The notes under the pieces: generated by a model
What the model saw: the letters and a program-made list of their open reading frames with translations, nothing else
What the model was told of the DNA's origin: nothing
The model's database searches: none
Shown: positions 25,528 through 37,967 of the stretch, piece by piece
Layout of the letters: the number at the start of each line of letters is the position of its first letter
How positions within the stretch are numbered: the first letter of the stretch is position 1
Source: Phyllobates terribilis
Taxonomy: Eukaryota
NCBI RefSeq assembly: GCF_046119375.1
Contig: NW_027362772.1
Location: 288,238,001-288,302,000 of the forward strand
Length of the DNA: 64,000 nucleotides
Reading direction: 5' to 3'
Position numbers and translations under genes: made by a program

Positions 25528-27363
25528 TGTTATGCACACGCCCGGGCTGAGCGGCGTGTGCGTGTGATTGGTAGTGATTCCACTGGACCGTGCCGGAGAG
25601 TGAATGCCTGGAGGGGCGTGACTAAGTATTCACCCGATCCGACCAGGGTCGCACGACGGCATACGACGCCAGTGCACCAAGGAGGAACCGAGCAGAGGGA
25701 CCAGGTGCTACTCCAGGACAGACCCCGGACACGGCTGTTGACCCACACAGGGGAATACAGGAACAGGCTGGTAGGCTGGCACACAGACTGGTGGGTATAG
25801 GCAGGCACGACTGGTATGCAGGCAGGCGGGTATGCAGGCAGGGGGGTAAAGGCAAGCACAGCTAGAGTGCAGACAGGGAGGCACTAGCAGGTAGGAACAC
25901 AGGCGGGATAGGACCCAGTACACACTGGGACTCAGGAACAGGCAGGTTAGGCTGGCACAGACTGGTGGATATAAGCAAACACGGCAGGTATGCAGATGGG
26001 TGGATACAGGCGAGTATGCAGGCAGGGAGGTACTGGCCGAAAGGACGGGCTGGAGCACAGAAAGGTTAAGACCCAGTACAGACTGGGTCACAGAACCGCA
26101 GATGCGGTAGACAACCACAGCAGAGAGGGAACGCCCGAAGCGGTGGGCAAGAACAGAGCAGGACGGGGCTGCAGGAGCAGCGAGCACAAGCAGGGCAGGA
26201 CAGGACTGCCGGAGCAGCGAGCACAAGCAGGGCAGGACAGGACTGCCGGAGCAGCGAGCACAAGCAGGGCAGGACAGGACTGCCGGAGCAGCGGGCAGAA
26301 GCAGGGCAGGACAGGACTGCCGGAGCAGCGGGCAGAAGCAGGGCAGGACAGGACTGCCGGAGCAGCGGGCAGAAGCAGGGCAGGACAGGACTGCCGGAGC
26401 AGCGGGCAGAAGCAGGGCAGGACAGGACTCTGTTCACACGGAACAGACAGGAAGGGAAAGACAGAGCCAGACACCCACAGGGTACTTGCAGTGAAGTAGC
26501 GAGTGGACCACAAACTCACAAACGGGAGTACAGAGACAACAGGCAGGAGTTAGGTACGAGTTCAGACTCTGCAGAAAAAGGAAGGGAACGGACATAGAGG
26601 CAAAACAGGTAAAGGATAGGAGAGAGTTCAGACTGGAACTGAGTGTACGGAGGAGACCGACACTGCAGCGGGATACAGGAGCGGGTCTGGGAATACTGCC
26701 CCCAGAGAGGCGGGACGAACAGGCAAGGAGCGTGTTCAGACAGGACAGACAAGATACAGGAGCGGGTCTAGGTAATCGGCCCCTAGAAGGCGGGAGGAAC
26801 AGGCTAGGAGCGTGTACAGACAGGACAGACAAGATACACAGAAAGGACTCAGTTCAGACACGGGAACTAATACCGCAAAGCAGGAGACATACAGGACTCA
26901 GTTCAGACACGGGAGCTGATACCGCAAAGCAGGAGACATACAGGACACAGTTCAGACACGGGAGCTGATACCGCAAAGCAGGAGACATACAGGACTAAGT
27001 TCAGACAGGCCTGGAAATACAGCCTCCAGGAAAGGCAGACAAGGAAACAAAGACGGGACCTGGCACCTTCAGAATGCAAGCACACACTGAAGGAAACACT
27101 TATGCTCAGGCAGGAATAGAAGGGAGCTGCTGAGCTATATACCAAGTGTCAGACAGCAATAGGCTGAGGACGCACAAGGGGTGTGACCCACAGCAGGTAC
27201 AAAAAGCAGGAAGTGATCGGGCGCCGCCCTTAAGCAGCAGAGACAGACACAAACAGACAGCATGGAGGGAAGCCAGAGAGACACTCTGGACAGGAGATCA
27301 AGTGCGCTCTCTTGCACAGTGGGAGATGGACCACCATGCAAGGACGCCGCCAGGTATGTTACA
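25528..27363 (-). repeat. 5' LTR of the cryab-intron element (TATA at 27141-27136; predicted start near 27111)
   Basis: Apparently identical to the 3' LTR except for one extra 37-bp unit (six full units). Confidence 0.96.
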
Positions 27364-27501
27364 TATGGTTTGTTCTGAAATGTAAACATACATTTTGTTA
27401 GAGAACCTTTATATTAAAGGTGGTTTTCTAGGACCACTACAGTGATGGCCTATCCATTATTCGACCACGGTTATAATAACACGTTCCATCATTTTCCACA
27501 G

Positions 27502-27624
27502 ATGAGAATGGAAAAGGACAAGTTTTCTGTTAACCTCGATGTAAAACATTTCTCCCCGGAAGAGCTGAAAGTGAAAGTGATGGGTGATTTCATTGAAATC
27601 CATGGAAAGCACGAGGAGCGTCCG
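27502..27624 (+). CDS. cryab: alpha-B crystallin exon 2 ([25 protein letters not shown]...HGKHEERP)
   Basis: CAG|ATG acceptor, CCG|GTAATG donor, 123 nt; alpha-crystallin domain. Confidence 0.97.
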
Positions 27625-28667
27625 GTAATGATCGGGATCCCCCTATTGGACCCTTCTTTATTTGACTTTGATAACACTTGCTCTACATTACACTCCATTT
27701 TGGTTTCCGTCAAGCTTTCTTGTATATTTCATTGCAATATTATCTTTATTCTTGCCGTCAAATGTAGAAGAACCAATAAAAGTCAATAGTTTTTCCAAGA
27801 GTCCATTTAGATCCAGAGCTTCCACCATATTTGGTGCATGCAGTCCCTCTGTAAGCAATTCCTCCATTCCACCAAGTGACCCACCAGTCGTATGAGGTGG
27901 AAAAAGTAGCTAAAACACCTAATAAATCTGACGCAGGGCTTTTGCCACAGTTTTTTGATGCAACATAAACCAGAATTATGGAGCATTTATCTTAGTAAAT
28001 GCCTCTTTGGAATTACTAGTCCACGGCTGGTAGCTATAGCTCAAGGCCATCATTAGTATGGAGGTTCCTTGATCGAAGCCCCTTTCTCTTGGCCTAGACC
28101 CATCATGCCGCTTTGTCTATTCCCAATGATGGAGCATCTCAGCTTCACGAAGCAGAAACCTTCTGTAAGCTCTGGTTTCTGAAGGTCTCAGAAGCTCCTG
28201 GAGGATCTGCCAACTCCTCCGGTCTTCCCTTTCTTCCATAAGGCTTCCAGATGTTCCAGGAAAGTTGACAAGTTTGCTAAATACAGATGGCAGACTGACT
28301 AAAAGTGATATTTTCAAGACTTTCCAGCTAAAAGCTATTTCCCTGGCCTAGACACATGCCATACATATCTCACTTAAAAACAAATGATTGGGCACGTTGA
28401 CTTGAAACATGTGTGATCCTTTTCTCCTCTTGAAAGTCAGCTGAACTTTGAAGCTTATGGACCCTAATGCCAAATTTGCCCCCAACTATTGCAGGTCATC
28501 AATAGTATAAGTCTTCTTCTTTTGGTCACCCTAGTCTCCAGGATTGAGTGAGACTGCAACTTCTACACCTCTAGTGATGGCAGGTCTTGCTCAAATCAAA
28601 TATGTATGGCCACTTTGCGTCAAAGTTATCCATTAATCTTGCAACTGGTTATTCTCTCACTTCTCAG

Positions 28668-28871
28668 GATGAACACGGCTATGTTTCCAGAGACTTCCAG
28701 CGTAGATATAAAATCCCCGTGGATGTTGATCCTCTCTCCATCAGCTCATCCTTGTCCTCCGATGGAGTCCTGACCGTAACTGGACCAAGAAAACTGGCTG
28801 ACGTTCCTGAGCGCTCCATCCCCATCACCCGTGAAGAGAAGGTGGCCATCGGAGCTGCCCCCAAGAAGTAG
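28668..28871 (+). CDS. cryab: alpha-B crystallin exon 3 ([14 protein letters not shown]...[17 protein letters not shown]); total protein 172 aa
   Basis: CAG|GAT acceptor; IPI motif; AATAAA at 28995-29000. Confidence 0.97.
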   Translation, partial: DEHGYVSRDFQRRYKIPVDVDPLSISSSLSSDGVLTVTGPRKLADVPERSIPITREEKVAIGAAPKK

Positions 28872-29319
28872 AACCTCTCAGCCCTTCCAGCTAGAGAAGA
28901 CACCTTTCCACCCTGCCAGAGAGAGTGCGCGCGTACTACACTGCTACATGTATTTATTTGTGCTGTCCTGTGACCAAACCAAATTACTAATGAGAATAAA
29001 AGTAAAGAGAAGCATCTGCAAGTGGCTCATTACCGAGGAATTTATCCCAAAAATAAGAACAGACCCAGAATGTTTTATGCAATTTCATATCCTACAATTA
29101 TTAACTGCAGCTCACAGAAATAAGAAAATACGGCATGAATAAGAATTGTTTAGAATCTGAATATTATAATGATATCTAATATTTACTATTTATAGCAGAT
29201 TAGTGTGACTGATGTTGCAATGTTCACACTGGCCATTAGGCCTTATTCTAGACTGACACATACCGTTCTGTACAGAAGACTTTTCAGCAGTTTCATTATC
29301 ATCAAAGACAGGAATACAA

Positions 29320-30225
29320 TGGCTGATAACACCTCTATATACAGTAAATAACACAGGATCCACCACTCACAATAGGTGATGTCACAGCTCACCTCTTCCT
29401 CCTGTACAATGACTGATAATACCTCTATATACAGTAGATAACACAGAATCTACCATTCACAATAGGTGATGTCACAGCTCACCTCCTCCCCCTCCTGTAC
29501 AATGACTGATAACACCTCTATATACAGTAAATAACACAGCATCCACCATTCACAATAGGTGATGTCACAGCTCACCTCCTCCTCCTGTACAATGACTGAT
29601 AATACCTCTATATACAGTAGATAACACAGGATCCACAATTCACATTAGGTGATGTCACAGCTCACCTCCTCCTCCTTACAATGACTGATAACACCTCTAT
29701 ATACAGTAGATAACACAAGATCCACCATTCACAATAGGTGATGTCACAGCTCACCTCCTCTTCCTCCTGTACAATGATTGATAACACCTCTATATACAGG
29801 AGATAACACAGGATCCACCATTCACATTAGGTGATGTCACAGCTCACCCCCCCCCTGGAAAATGACTAATAACACCTCTATATACAGTACACAACACAGG
29901 ATCCACCATTCACATTAGGTGATGTCACAGCTCACCTCCTCCTCCTTACAATGACTGATAATACCTCTATATACAGTAGATAACACAGGATCCACCATTC
30001 ACAATAGGTGATATCACAGCTCACCTCCTCTTCCTCCTGTACAATGATTGATAACACCTCTATATACAGTAGATAACACAGGATCCACCATTCACAATAG
30101 ATGTCACAGCTCACCTCCTCCCCCTCCTGTACAATGACTGATAACACCTCTATATACAGTAGATGACACAGGATCCACAATTCACATTAGGTGATGTCAC
30201 AGCTCACCTCCTCCCCTTCCTTCAC
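29320..30225. repeat. ~90-bp tandem satellite, about 10 copies
   Basis: Unit ...GATAACACCTCTATATACAGTAGATAACACAGGATCCACCATTCACAATAGGTGATGTCACAGCTCACCTCCTCC... Confidence 0.92.
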
Positions 30226-31507
30226 AATGACCATTGCCCAGATTACAGCATGCTTAGATTAGAAGCTCAGAAGATTTCTATATACAATATTGCTTGATTA
30301 GGAAGTATGCATCTAATTTTTGGCCTAGTTTCCAGTCTGAAAATTGCAAGATATTTTTTTTTATGTAGATAGTGATATAAAAACAAACAAAAAAAGTTTC
30401 CATTAAGTAATTCTCTACCTTGTACAGGTATAGGAAAACAAACCACATTGCAAACTGCAATACCAGGCACAATCCATGGTCACGACATCTGAGCAAATTC
30501 TGGGCTTAGGAGTCCAGTGGGCGGTCCCTAAGGAGTGACTGACAGCTTCCCTTCTATATATGTGATATCTGTCATTCACATCGTAGGACCTCCCACTGGA
30601 CTTTTAAGCCTGAAATGATCAGAAATGCAATAAGTAAATTACAGCTATACAACATCAGTGAAAAAAATATATAGAAAAACATAACAACAACTTAGAAGGA
30701 TAATTTAGAAGTGTCGCTAATCATTCATAGATGACAGAATTGGGTCTACAAGATTTACATAGAAATTCAAGCTTAAAGCAAATATTAACAGGTTTCACAA
30801 TACAAACTGCACGCATTATTACATCGATCTCTATAGACCTGATGAGGCTGTTGTACTCACTGGAAATCCGAGACAGAATAGTTGTGTAATCCTGATATTA
30901 AATTAAAATTAACTAGCGCTGGACCCAGGCGTAAAATAAATATGAGATGGAGTGAAAGGTATAAAATAAAATTCTTTATTGATAAAATTGATTAAAACCC
31001 AATTGTAAAATAAAGTAAAAGGGGAGTAATTTATATTAGGTATAGGGTTTAGTAGTAGTGGTAAAAGGCTGGTGGTCCTCTGTAGATCTTCTCAAAGCGG
31101 ATCCACTAAGAATTGGCTTCTAGATCAGGGTGATTTTCCTGATGGCGAGGAGGAGAAGTAAATCAGGAGTCCAAGAAAGTTGTGGGTGACCCAGGGGGAT
31201 GGTTCACTCTGAAAAGAGGTGTATAAAGTTTAGGAATTAAATTTAGGAATTATACAGGAGCTCTCGTTCAAGCTATGTGGATGGAGATTCAGCAGCAGAG
31301 AGGAGGGACGGAGTTAAAACTTTCAAAAAGAATTATATTCTTATTCTGAGATGGCTTATCAAAGTAAGTATACCAGTATCATCAGGTCTAAGAGATGGGT
31401 TTAATAATGTATACAGCTGATACTGTGAAATCTGGTGACAGATCCATGTTAATAATTACATTGACAAATAGCAAGAATTAATTGCAGAATAACAATTGGT
31501 TTATTAG

Positions 31508-31617
31508 TTAAGAGTTGCCGTAGTCGATCGTATAGCAGGATTTTTGTTGAGGTCGGTATTGCGGTGGGTTTAGTTCAGGTTGATGTCCTGGAAAAACATG
31601 AGGTTCTCTCTCGAAAA
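31508..31617 (-). CDS. cfap68: CFAP68 (C11orf1) last coding exon (FEREPHVFPGHQPELNPPQY...DYGNS*)
   Basis: Long poly-T tract then AG acceptor; REPHxFPGHQPEL motif matches human C11orf1. Confidence 0.9.
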
Positions 31618-32500
31618 CTAAAAAAAAAAAAAAAAAAAAAGGAATAATGGAGTTTACATCTGTACAGACATCAATCAGTATGTGTTGTATATTAAAAGAG
31701 AGCATGGCCATTAATTATGGCTCGGGGTGGAGATGCCTCACAATGAGGCATCAGCGGTGAGATCACATCATTACCCTGTGGACTAAACAAAACCCCGGCA
31801 GCAGCGGCAGCAGAGGACGCAGCCTTGTCCGAGGCCAAAAAGTTCCAATCCACTGCTCAGTGATGCAATAAAGCCAAGAAGCCAAGGGAGATGGGTATAA
31901 AGTAACTTCAAGGGGTGACTTACTCCACTACAGTGGGCAGCAGGCAAGCATCCACCCACACCCTGCCTGGATTGCTTGTTACCCTCAGGGTCTATTATTC
32001 AACCCTTCCAAGATCCAACTTATAATCACAAACCATTGGAAAGACGAGAGTCCTTACCCAATCTATAAGTTGGATGGTCCTCTCCATCATGGATGGCAGG
32101 ACTATTTGCCCATGAGGGTGACAAGCGGCGGAGGAATCGGGTAAGTCGGTGGTTGCCCGTTACCCTGTATTGTGGAGTAATATATCCCTGCATTATTTAT
32201 TTTCCATAAGTCTATGCATCCATCCACCACAACTTTGGGACTTGGGACTATACCAGCGTTCTCCAGTTTGGATGTCCCTTGATCTGACATATATTGCGCT
32301 GGATTGCTTGTAAGCCTCGCTAAGTGTAAGGGTCGATTTAGTGGCCCAGGACCAGGTGAGTCTATAGTAGTTACTTTGGGATCACTGTCTCAATTTTTTC
32401 ATTGGCAATTGTTTTAGGAACCCTAAGCAAAAACCCTTTGTATGAGTATGAAAAGATATGGACTGGTGGAAGAGGTTGGACCCCATGTGTCGTCCTCTAC

Positions 32501-32570
32501 CTTGTCGCTCTGCAGCTCCACCATTCCTGAGATAGTCTGCGTTATACGAGGTCTCGTAGTAATGAGCGTA
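32501..32570 (-). CDS. cfap68: CFAP68 middle coding exon (YAHYYETSYNADYLRNGGAAERQ)
   Basis: TTTCAG|TAC acceptor and CAAG|GTAGAG donor; phases fit both neighbours; similar to human FGHYFETTY. Confidence 0.85.
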
Positions 32571-32948
32571 CTGAAAAAAAAAGAAGACAATTTGATTAGT
32601 GATCTAACTCGTGACTACATCTGATCAAGAGGTCACTGGAGCACACAGCAAACCTGCCATAAGCTATTACCATCAACACTACATCTGATGCCTCCTTCTC
32701 CTGCTCATATACCCCGCACCATGTTTAGTCCTGTTCATTTAACCCATGGGGCCCCATACAAGACTCATTGATGGGCCAGCATCCAAGAGGAGGACACTGT
32801 GCTGATATCAGAAGTTTATTTTCTGATTACTTTTATCTTTCTGTTCCAAGTGATAACTTTTCAGAATATGTCCTGTGTAAACTTGAGGATTAACATTATT
32901 TCTGCATTTTTTCAGCATCTGCAGGTTCTGTCTCCAATTTTCAACCGT

Positions 32949-33330
32949 CTCTGAGCTAGTGGGTAGAAACTAGCTGCCATGTTGTCTCCCATACACAGCA
33001 CACACAGAGTCATGAGGGATTCCTGCTCCCCTATCTCTGTGTAGCACATGTCCAGAAGCAGCAGCACCATGGTGGACAAAATACTGCAGTACTGAGCAGC
33101 GTAGCTGTGAATCCAGCTCAGGGTCCGATAAAAAACTTGTTAAAAAAGTCGTAGCATGGTCGCTCTCTGAGCTGGTGGGTAGAGACTAGCTGCTATGATG
33201 TCTCCCATACACAGCACACACCGACACGAGGGATTTCTGCTCCCTTTTCTCTGTGTTGCACATGTCCAGAAGCAGCAGCACCATGGAGGACAAAATACTG
33301 CAGTACTGAGCAGTGTAGCTGTGAATCCAA
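32949..33330. repeat. Tandem duplication of a ~216-bp repeat-derived segment
   Basis: CTCTGAGCT(A/G)GTGGGTAG... recurs at 32949 and 33165. Confidence 0.75.
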
Positions 33331-33678
33331 CTCAAAGTCAGATAAAAAAGGAGCAGCATGGCCACTCTCTCTGCTTCACTTCTTCTCCATAGACTTCAAT
33401 AGGCAGCTGTAATCTGATCCCTCACTGAGCAGGCAATCCATTCAGTTTAAAATAATAAGTATTTTAGCAGTTTTTTTCTGCGTGGACGAGGAGCTAAATG
33501 GAGGAAAAGAAGTGTCTCATAAGTGGAGAAAGAAGCAGATTACTGTGGTAAAATACATCACAAAGTTTCTTATATTTTCTTGTACTATTGATTTACATAA
33601 AGGAAACAGCAACGACCATTTAAGAGAAGCAGTGAAGAAATAGGTCCCACATTAGTCTCGGCCTCTCGTCTTCGGTAC

Positions 33679-33882
33679 CTGGGATGGCGGCGGTCTCCTC
33701 TGCTCTAGTTTACACAGGTCGTAACGTTCCTGGTTCCAGTTTCCGATGAGCGTCTTGTTGCAGTAAGCGTCCTCCTTGGTTGTGCACCTCCATCCGTACT
33801 GCTTGAATTTGGCCTCAGGTCTGATGTCCATCCAAACCTCCCCATGTCCGTCGGCTTTAAGATCAGAAACAAAATGCGACAT
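33679..33882 (-). CDS. cfap68: CFAP68 first coding exon (MSHFVSDLKADGHGEVW...YGWRCTT...GNWNQERYDL...PPPSQ); total about 127 aa
   Basis: ADGHGEVW, QYGWRCTT and GNWNQERYDL match human C11orf1; acceptor CTGCAG|AATG, donor CAG|GTACCG; expected synteny between cryab and fdxacb1. Confidence 0.92.
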
Positions 33883-34064
33883 TCTGCAGAAGAAAAGTCG
33901 TGTCACATAAAGACATGTCCATTGTCTTAAAAACTGTGTAACCCCTTATAATGTTTCCTTATGGGATCATTCACAACCAAATGTGAGCAGTTTTTTGGGT
34001 TACAGGTTTTACCATATAAATGCCACCTATAAGTACAGCTTGCACCATTAATAGGTCCAATTGG

Positions 34065-37000
34065 CCATCAGGACAGTATATACATCACCAGGACAGTATA
34101 TACATCACCAGGACGGTGTATTCATCACTAGCGCGGTGTATTCATCACCAGGACGGTATATTCATCACCAGGATAGTATATCCATCACCGGGACCATATA
34201 TTCATCACCAGGACGGTATATTCATCACCAGGGCCGTATATTCATCAAAAGGATGATATATTCATCACATGGACGATATATTCATCACATGGACGATATA
34301 TTCATCACCGGGATGGTATATTCATCACCAGGATAGTATATCCATCACCGGGACCATATATTCATCACCAGGACGGTATATTCATCACCAGGACGGTATA
34401 TTCATCACCAGGACAGTATATTCATCACCACAACGGTATATCAATCAGCAGGACGATATATTCATCACCAGGATGATATATTCATCACAAGGATCATATA
34501 TTCATCACAAGGACGGTATATCCATCACCAGGACGGTATATATCCATCCCCGGGACGGTATATATCCATCCCCGGGACGGCATATACTTCCCCGGAGTGG
34601 TATATCCATCACCAGGACAATATATTCATCACCGGCACGGTATACCCATCACTGGGACAGTATATCCATCACCAGGATGGTATATTCATTACCAGGATGG
34701 TATATAACCACCACCAGGACGATATATTCATGACATGGACAATGGATTCATCACCAGGACGATATATTCATCACAAGGACGGTATATCCATCACCAGGAT
34801 GGTATATTAATCACCAGGACGGTATATCCATCACCAGGACCATATATTCATCACATGGACAATGGATTCATCAGGAGGATGATGTATTCATCACAAGGAT
34901 GGTATATTCATAATCAGGACGATATATTCATCCCCAAGACGGTATATCCATCACTAAGATGGTATATAACCATCACCAGGACGTTATATCCATCAGCAGG
35001 ATGGCATATAACCATCACCAAGACGGTATATCAATCACCAGGACGGTATATCCATCACCAGGACGGTATATAACCATCACCAGGACAGTATATCCATCCC
35101 CAGGATGGTATATCAATCAGCAGGACAGTATATCCATCACCAGGACGGTATATAACCATCACCAGGACAGTATATACATCACCAGGACGGTATATCCATC
35201 ATCAAGATGGTATTTCCATCACCAGGATGGTATATCCATCACCAGAACGGTATATTCATCATCAGGATGGTAAATACATCACCGGGACGGTATATCCATC
35301 ACTGGGACTGTATATCCATCACCAGGACGGTATATTCATCACCAGGACGGTATATTCATTACCAGCACAGAATATACATCCCCAGGACCTTATAATCATC
35401 ACCACGACGGTATATACATCACCAGGACCATATATCCATCACCAGGACTGTATATCCATCACCAGGATGGTATATTCATCACCAGGATGGTATATATCCA
35501 TCACCAGGATGGTATATATCCATCACCAGGACAGTATATTCATCACTAGGATGGTATATTCATCACCACGATGGTATATCAATCAGCAGGACGATATATT
35601 CATCACCAGGATGATATATTCATCAGAAGGATCATATATTCATCACCAGGACGGTATATCCATCACCAGGACAGTATATATCCATCCCCGGGACGGTATA
35701 TATCCATCCCCGGGACAGTATATATCCATCCCCGGGACGGTATATACTTCCCCGGAATGGTATATCCATCACTGGGACGGTATATCCATCACCAGGATGG
35801 TATATGCATCACCAGGACGGTATATCCATCACCAGGACCATATATTCATCACATGGACAATGGATTCATCACCAGGACGATGTATTCATCACAAGGATGG
35901 TATATTCATCCCCAAGACAGTATATCCATCACTAGGACGGTATATAACCATCACCAGGACGGTATATCCATCAGCAGGATGGTATATAACCATCACCAGG
36001 ACGGTATATCAATTACCAGGACGGTATATAACCATCACCAGGACAGTATATCCATCCCCAGGACAGTATATCAATCACCAGGACAATATATCCATCACCA
36101 GGACAGTATATTCATCCCCAGGACGGTATATTCATCACCAGGATGGTATATCAATCAGCAGGACGATATATTCATCACCAGGATGATATATTCATCACAA
36201 GGATCATATATTCATCACCAGGACGGTATATCCATCACCAAGATGGTATATATCCATCCCCGGGATGGTATACATCCATCCCCGGGACGGTATATATCCA
36301 TCCCCAGGACGGTATATACTTCCCCGGAATGGTATATCCATCACTGGGACGGTATATCCATCACCAGGATGGTATATTCATCACCAGGACGGTATATCCA
36401 TCACCAGGACGGTATATCCATCACCAGGATGGTATATTCATCACCAGGACGGTATATCCATCACCAGGACCATATATTCATCACATGGACAATGGATTCA
36501 TCACCAGGACGATGTATTCATCACAAGGATGGTATATTCATCCCCAAGACGGTATATCCATCACTAGGATGGTATATAACCATCACCAGGACGGTATATC
36601 ACCATCAGCAGGACGGTATATCCATCAGCAGGACGGTATATAACCATCACCAGGACGGTATATCAATTACCAGGACGGTATATAACCATCACCAGGACAG
36701 TATTTCCATCCCCAGGACGGTATATCAATCACCAGGACAGTATATCCATCACTAGGACGGTATATCCATCACCAAGATGGTATATCCTTCACCAGAACGG
36801 TATATTCATCACCAGGACGGTAAATACATCACTAGGACAGTATATCCATCACCAGGACGGTATATTCATTACCAGCACAGTATATACATCCCCAGGACCT
36901 TATAATCATCACCTGGACGGTATATACAGCACCGGGACCATATATCCATCACCAGGACGGTATATCCACCACCAGGATGGTCTATCCATCACCAGGACAG

Positions 37001-37131
37001 TATATTCATCCCCAGGACAGTATATTCATCACCGGGACCATATATTCATCCTCAGGACGGTATAGCCATCACCGGGACGGTATATCCATCACTAGGATGG
37101 TATATTCATTCCCAGGACGGTATATCCATCA
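34065..37131. repeat. ~3-kb array of a ~20-bp unit (ATATTCATCACCAGGACGGT) in cfap68 intron 1
   Basis: About 150 degenerate units with recurring higher-order blocks. Confidence 0.95.
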
Positions 37132-37281
37132 CCTCTTTCTATAATACGGCCTCTCTCTCTATCTGAATACATTGGCAGATTCCTCCTTTCCCCTCACACT
37201 CTGCCATCAGCCTCCACCATCTCCAACCTCTGTCCTCCTCCCAGTATTGCACATTACAGCTGGGGAGACACCTGCACGTAC

Positions 37282-37441
37282 CCGGGGATCGGTTGAAAAG
37301 TCCAACTCTAGTTTTTGTTGATGCGTTGCTTAGTAACCGAACGTGACGTCATCAGCATGCGCCGCAAAACCCGGAAGTAGCTGCAGGAGGGAGTCACGTG
37401 GTTGTAGCAGTCGCCGGTGCCGGTGTGTTCTGCCGTAGGAG
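37282..37441. promoter_or_regulatory. CpG-rich bidirectional promoter for cfap68 (-) and fdxacb1 (+): RFX X-box, CRE, ETS, E-box
   Basis: GTTGCTTAGTAAC 37325-37, TGACGTCA 37344-51, CCGGAAGT 37371-78, CACGTG 37395-400. Candidate donors of non-coding first exons at 37281 (-, CGG|GTACGT) and 37442 (+, GAG|GTGACT). Confidence 0.7.
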
Positions 37442-37967
37442 GTGACTAGCGTTACTGTGTTAACAGATCCCTGCAGACAGCGCGAACATTGCATAAAAGA
37501 CGCGTTTAATTCCGACTTCAGTGTCTGCACAATGTTCCTTCTGTAGGATTGGAGGTCGCTGCTTGCTGGAAATTCAAATCTTGCTCTAGATTCACACATT
37601 GCGACCATAAAACGTTTTATTTTATATAGCAGGTTGTGGCCCGTGCTGTCTATATGGAAATCTAGGAGGCCATCACCGGTCCGGCTCGTGTCCTCGCCAT
37701 TCTTGCCTGATTGACAACATTTTTGGAGCCACGAGCTCCATCAGACACATCCATCCCCCCAGAGGAGGAGGGGCTGCGGTTCTGACTCTTCCTGATTTGG
37801 ACTCCGCCCACATGACTATTGCGGCATTTTTAATAATGATTTCTCTGATTTGCTATTTAGAGGGAGATTTATCTAATCGGTCCGTATAATATGGTGGCGG
37901 TTTAGGGGCAGAAGAGCAGACCGTTTCCCTTTAATAAATGTCCTTTTATTTTTGTTCAGGTTCAGAG

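Larger units (their letters stand above)
21744..27363 (-). mobile_element. Non-autonomous Tf1/sushi-type LTR retrotransposon in cryab intron 1 (no pol)
   Basis: TG...CA LTRs at 25528-27363 (5', 1836 bp) and 21744-23542 (3', 1799 bp). TSD TATGG at 21739-43 and 27364-68. PPT (minus AAGGGGGGAGGTAC) abuts the 3' LTR. Internal region is 1985 bp. Confidence 0.96.

Noticed and set aside
30839-30866. CTGATGA...GAAA hammerhead ribozyme core (Penelope-like)
   Set aside because: No convincing stem II or closing G-C pair and no flanking helices found; at most a decayed remnant.
31720-32400. Possible LINE reverse-transcriptase remnant in a cfap68 intron
   Set aside because: No clear RT motif could be read in any frame.
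34020-36755. Many His/Ile/Tyr-rich ORFs up to 394 aa
   Set aside because: Products of the 20-bp array inside cfap68 intron 1.
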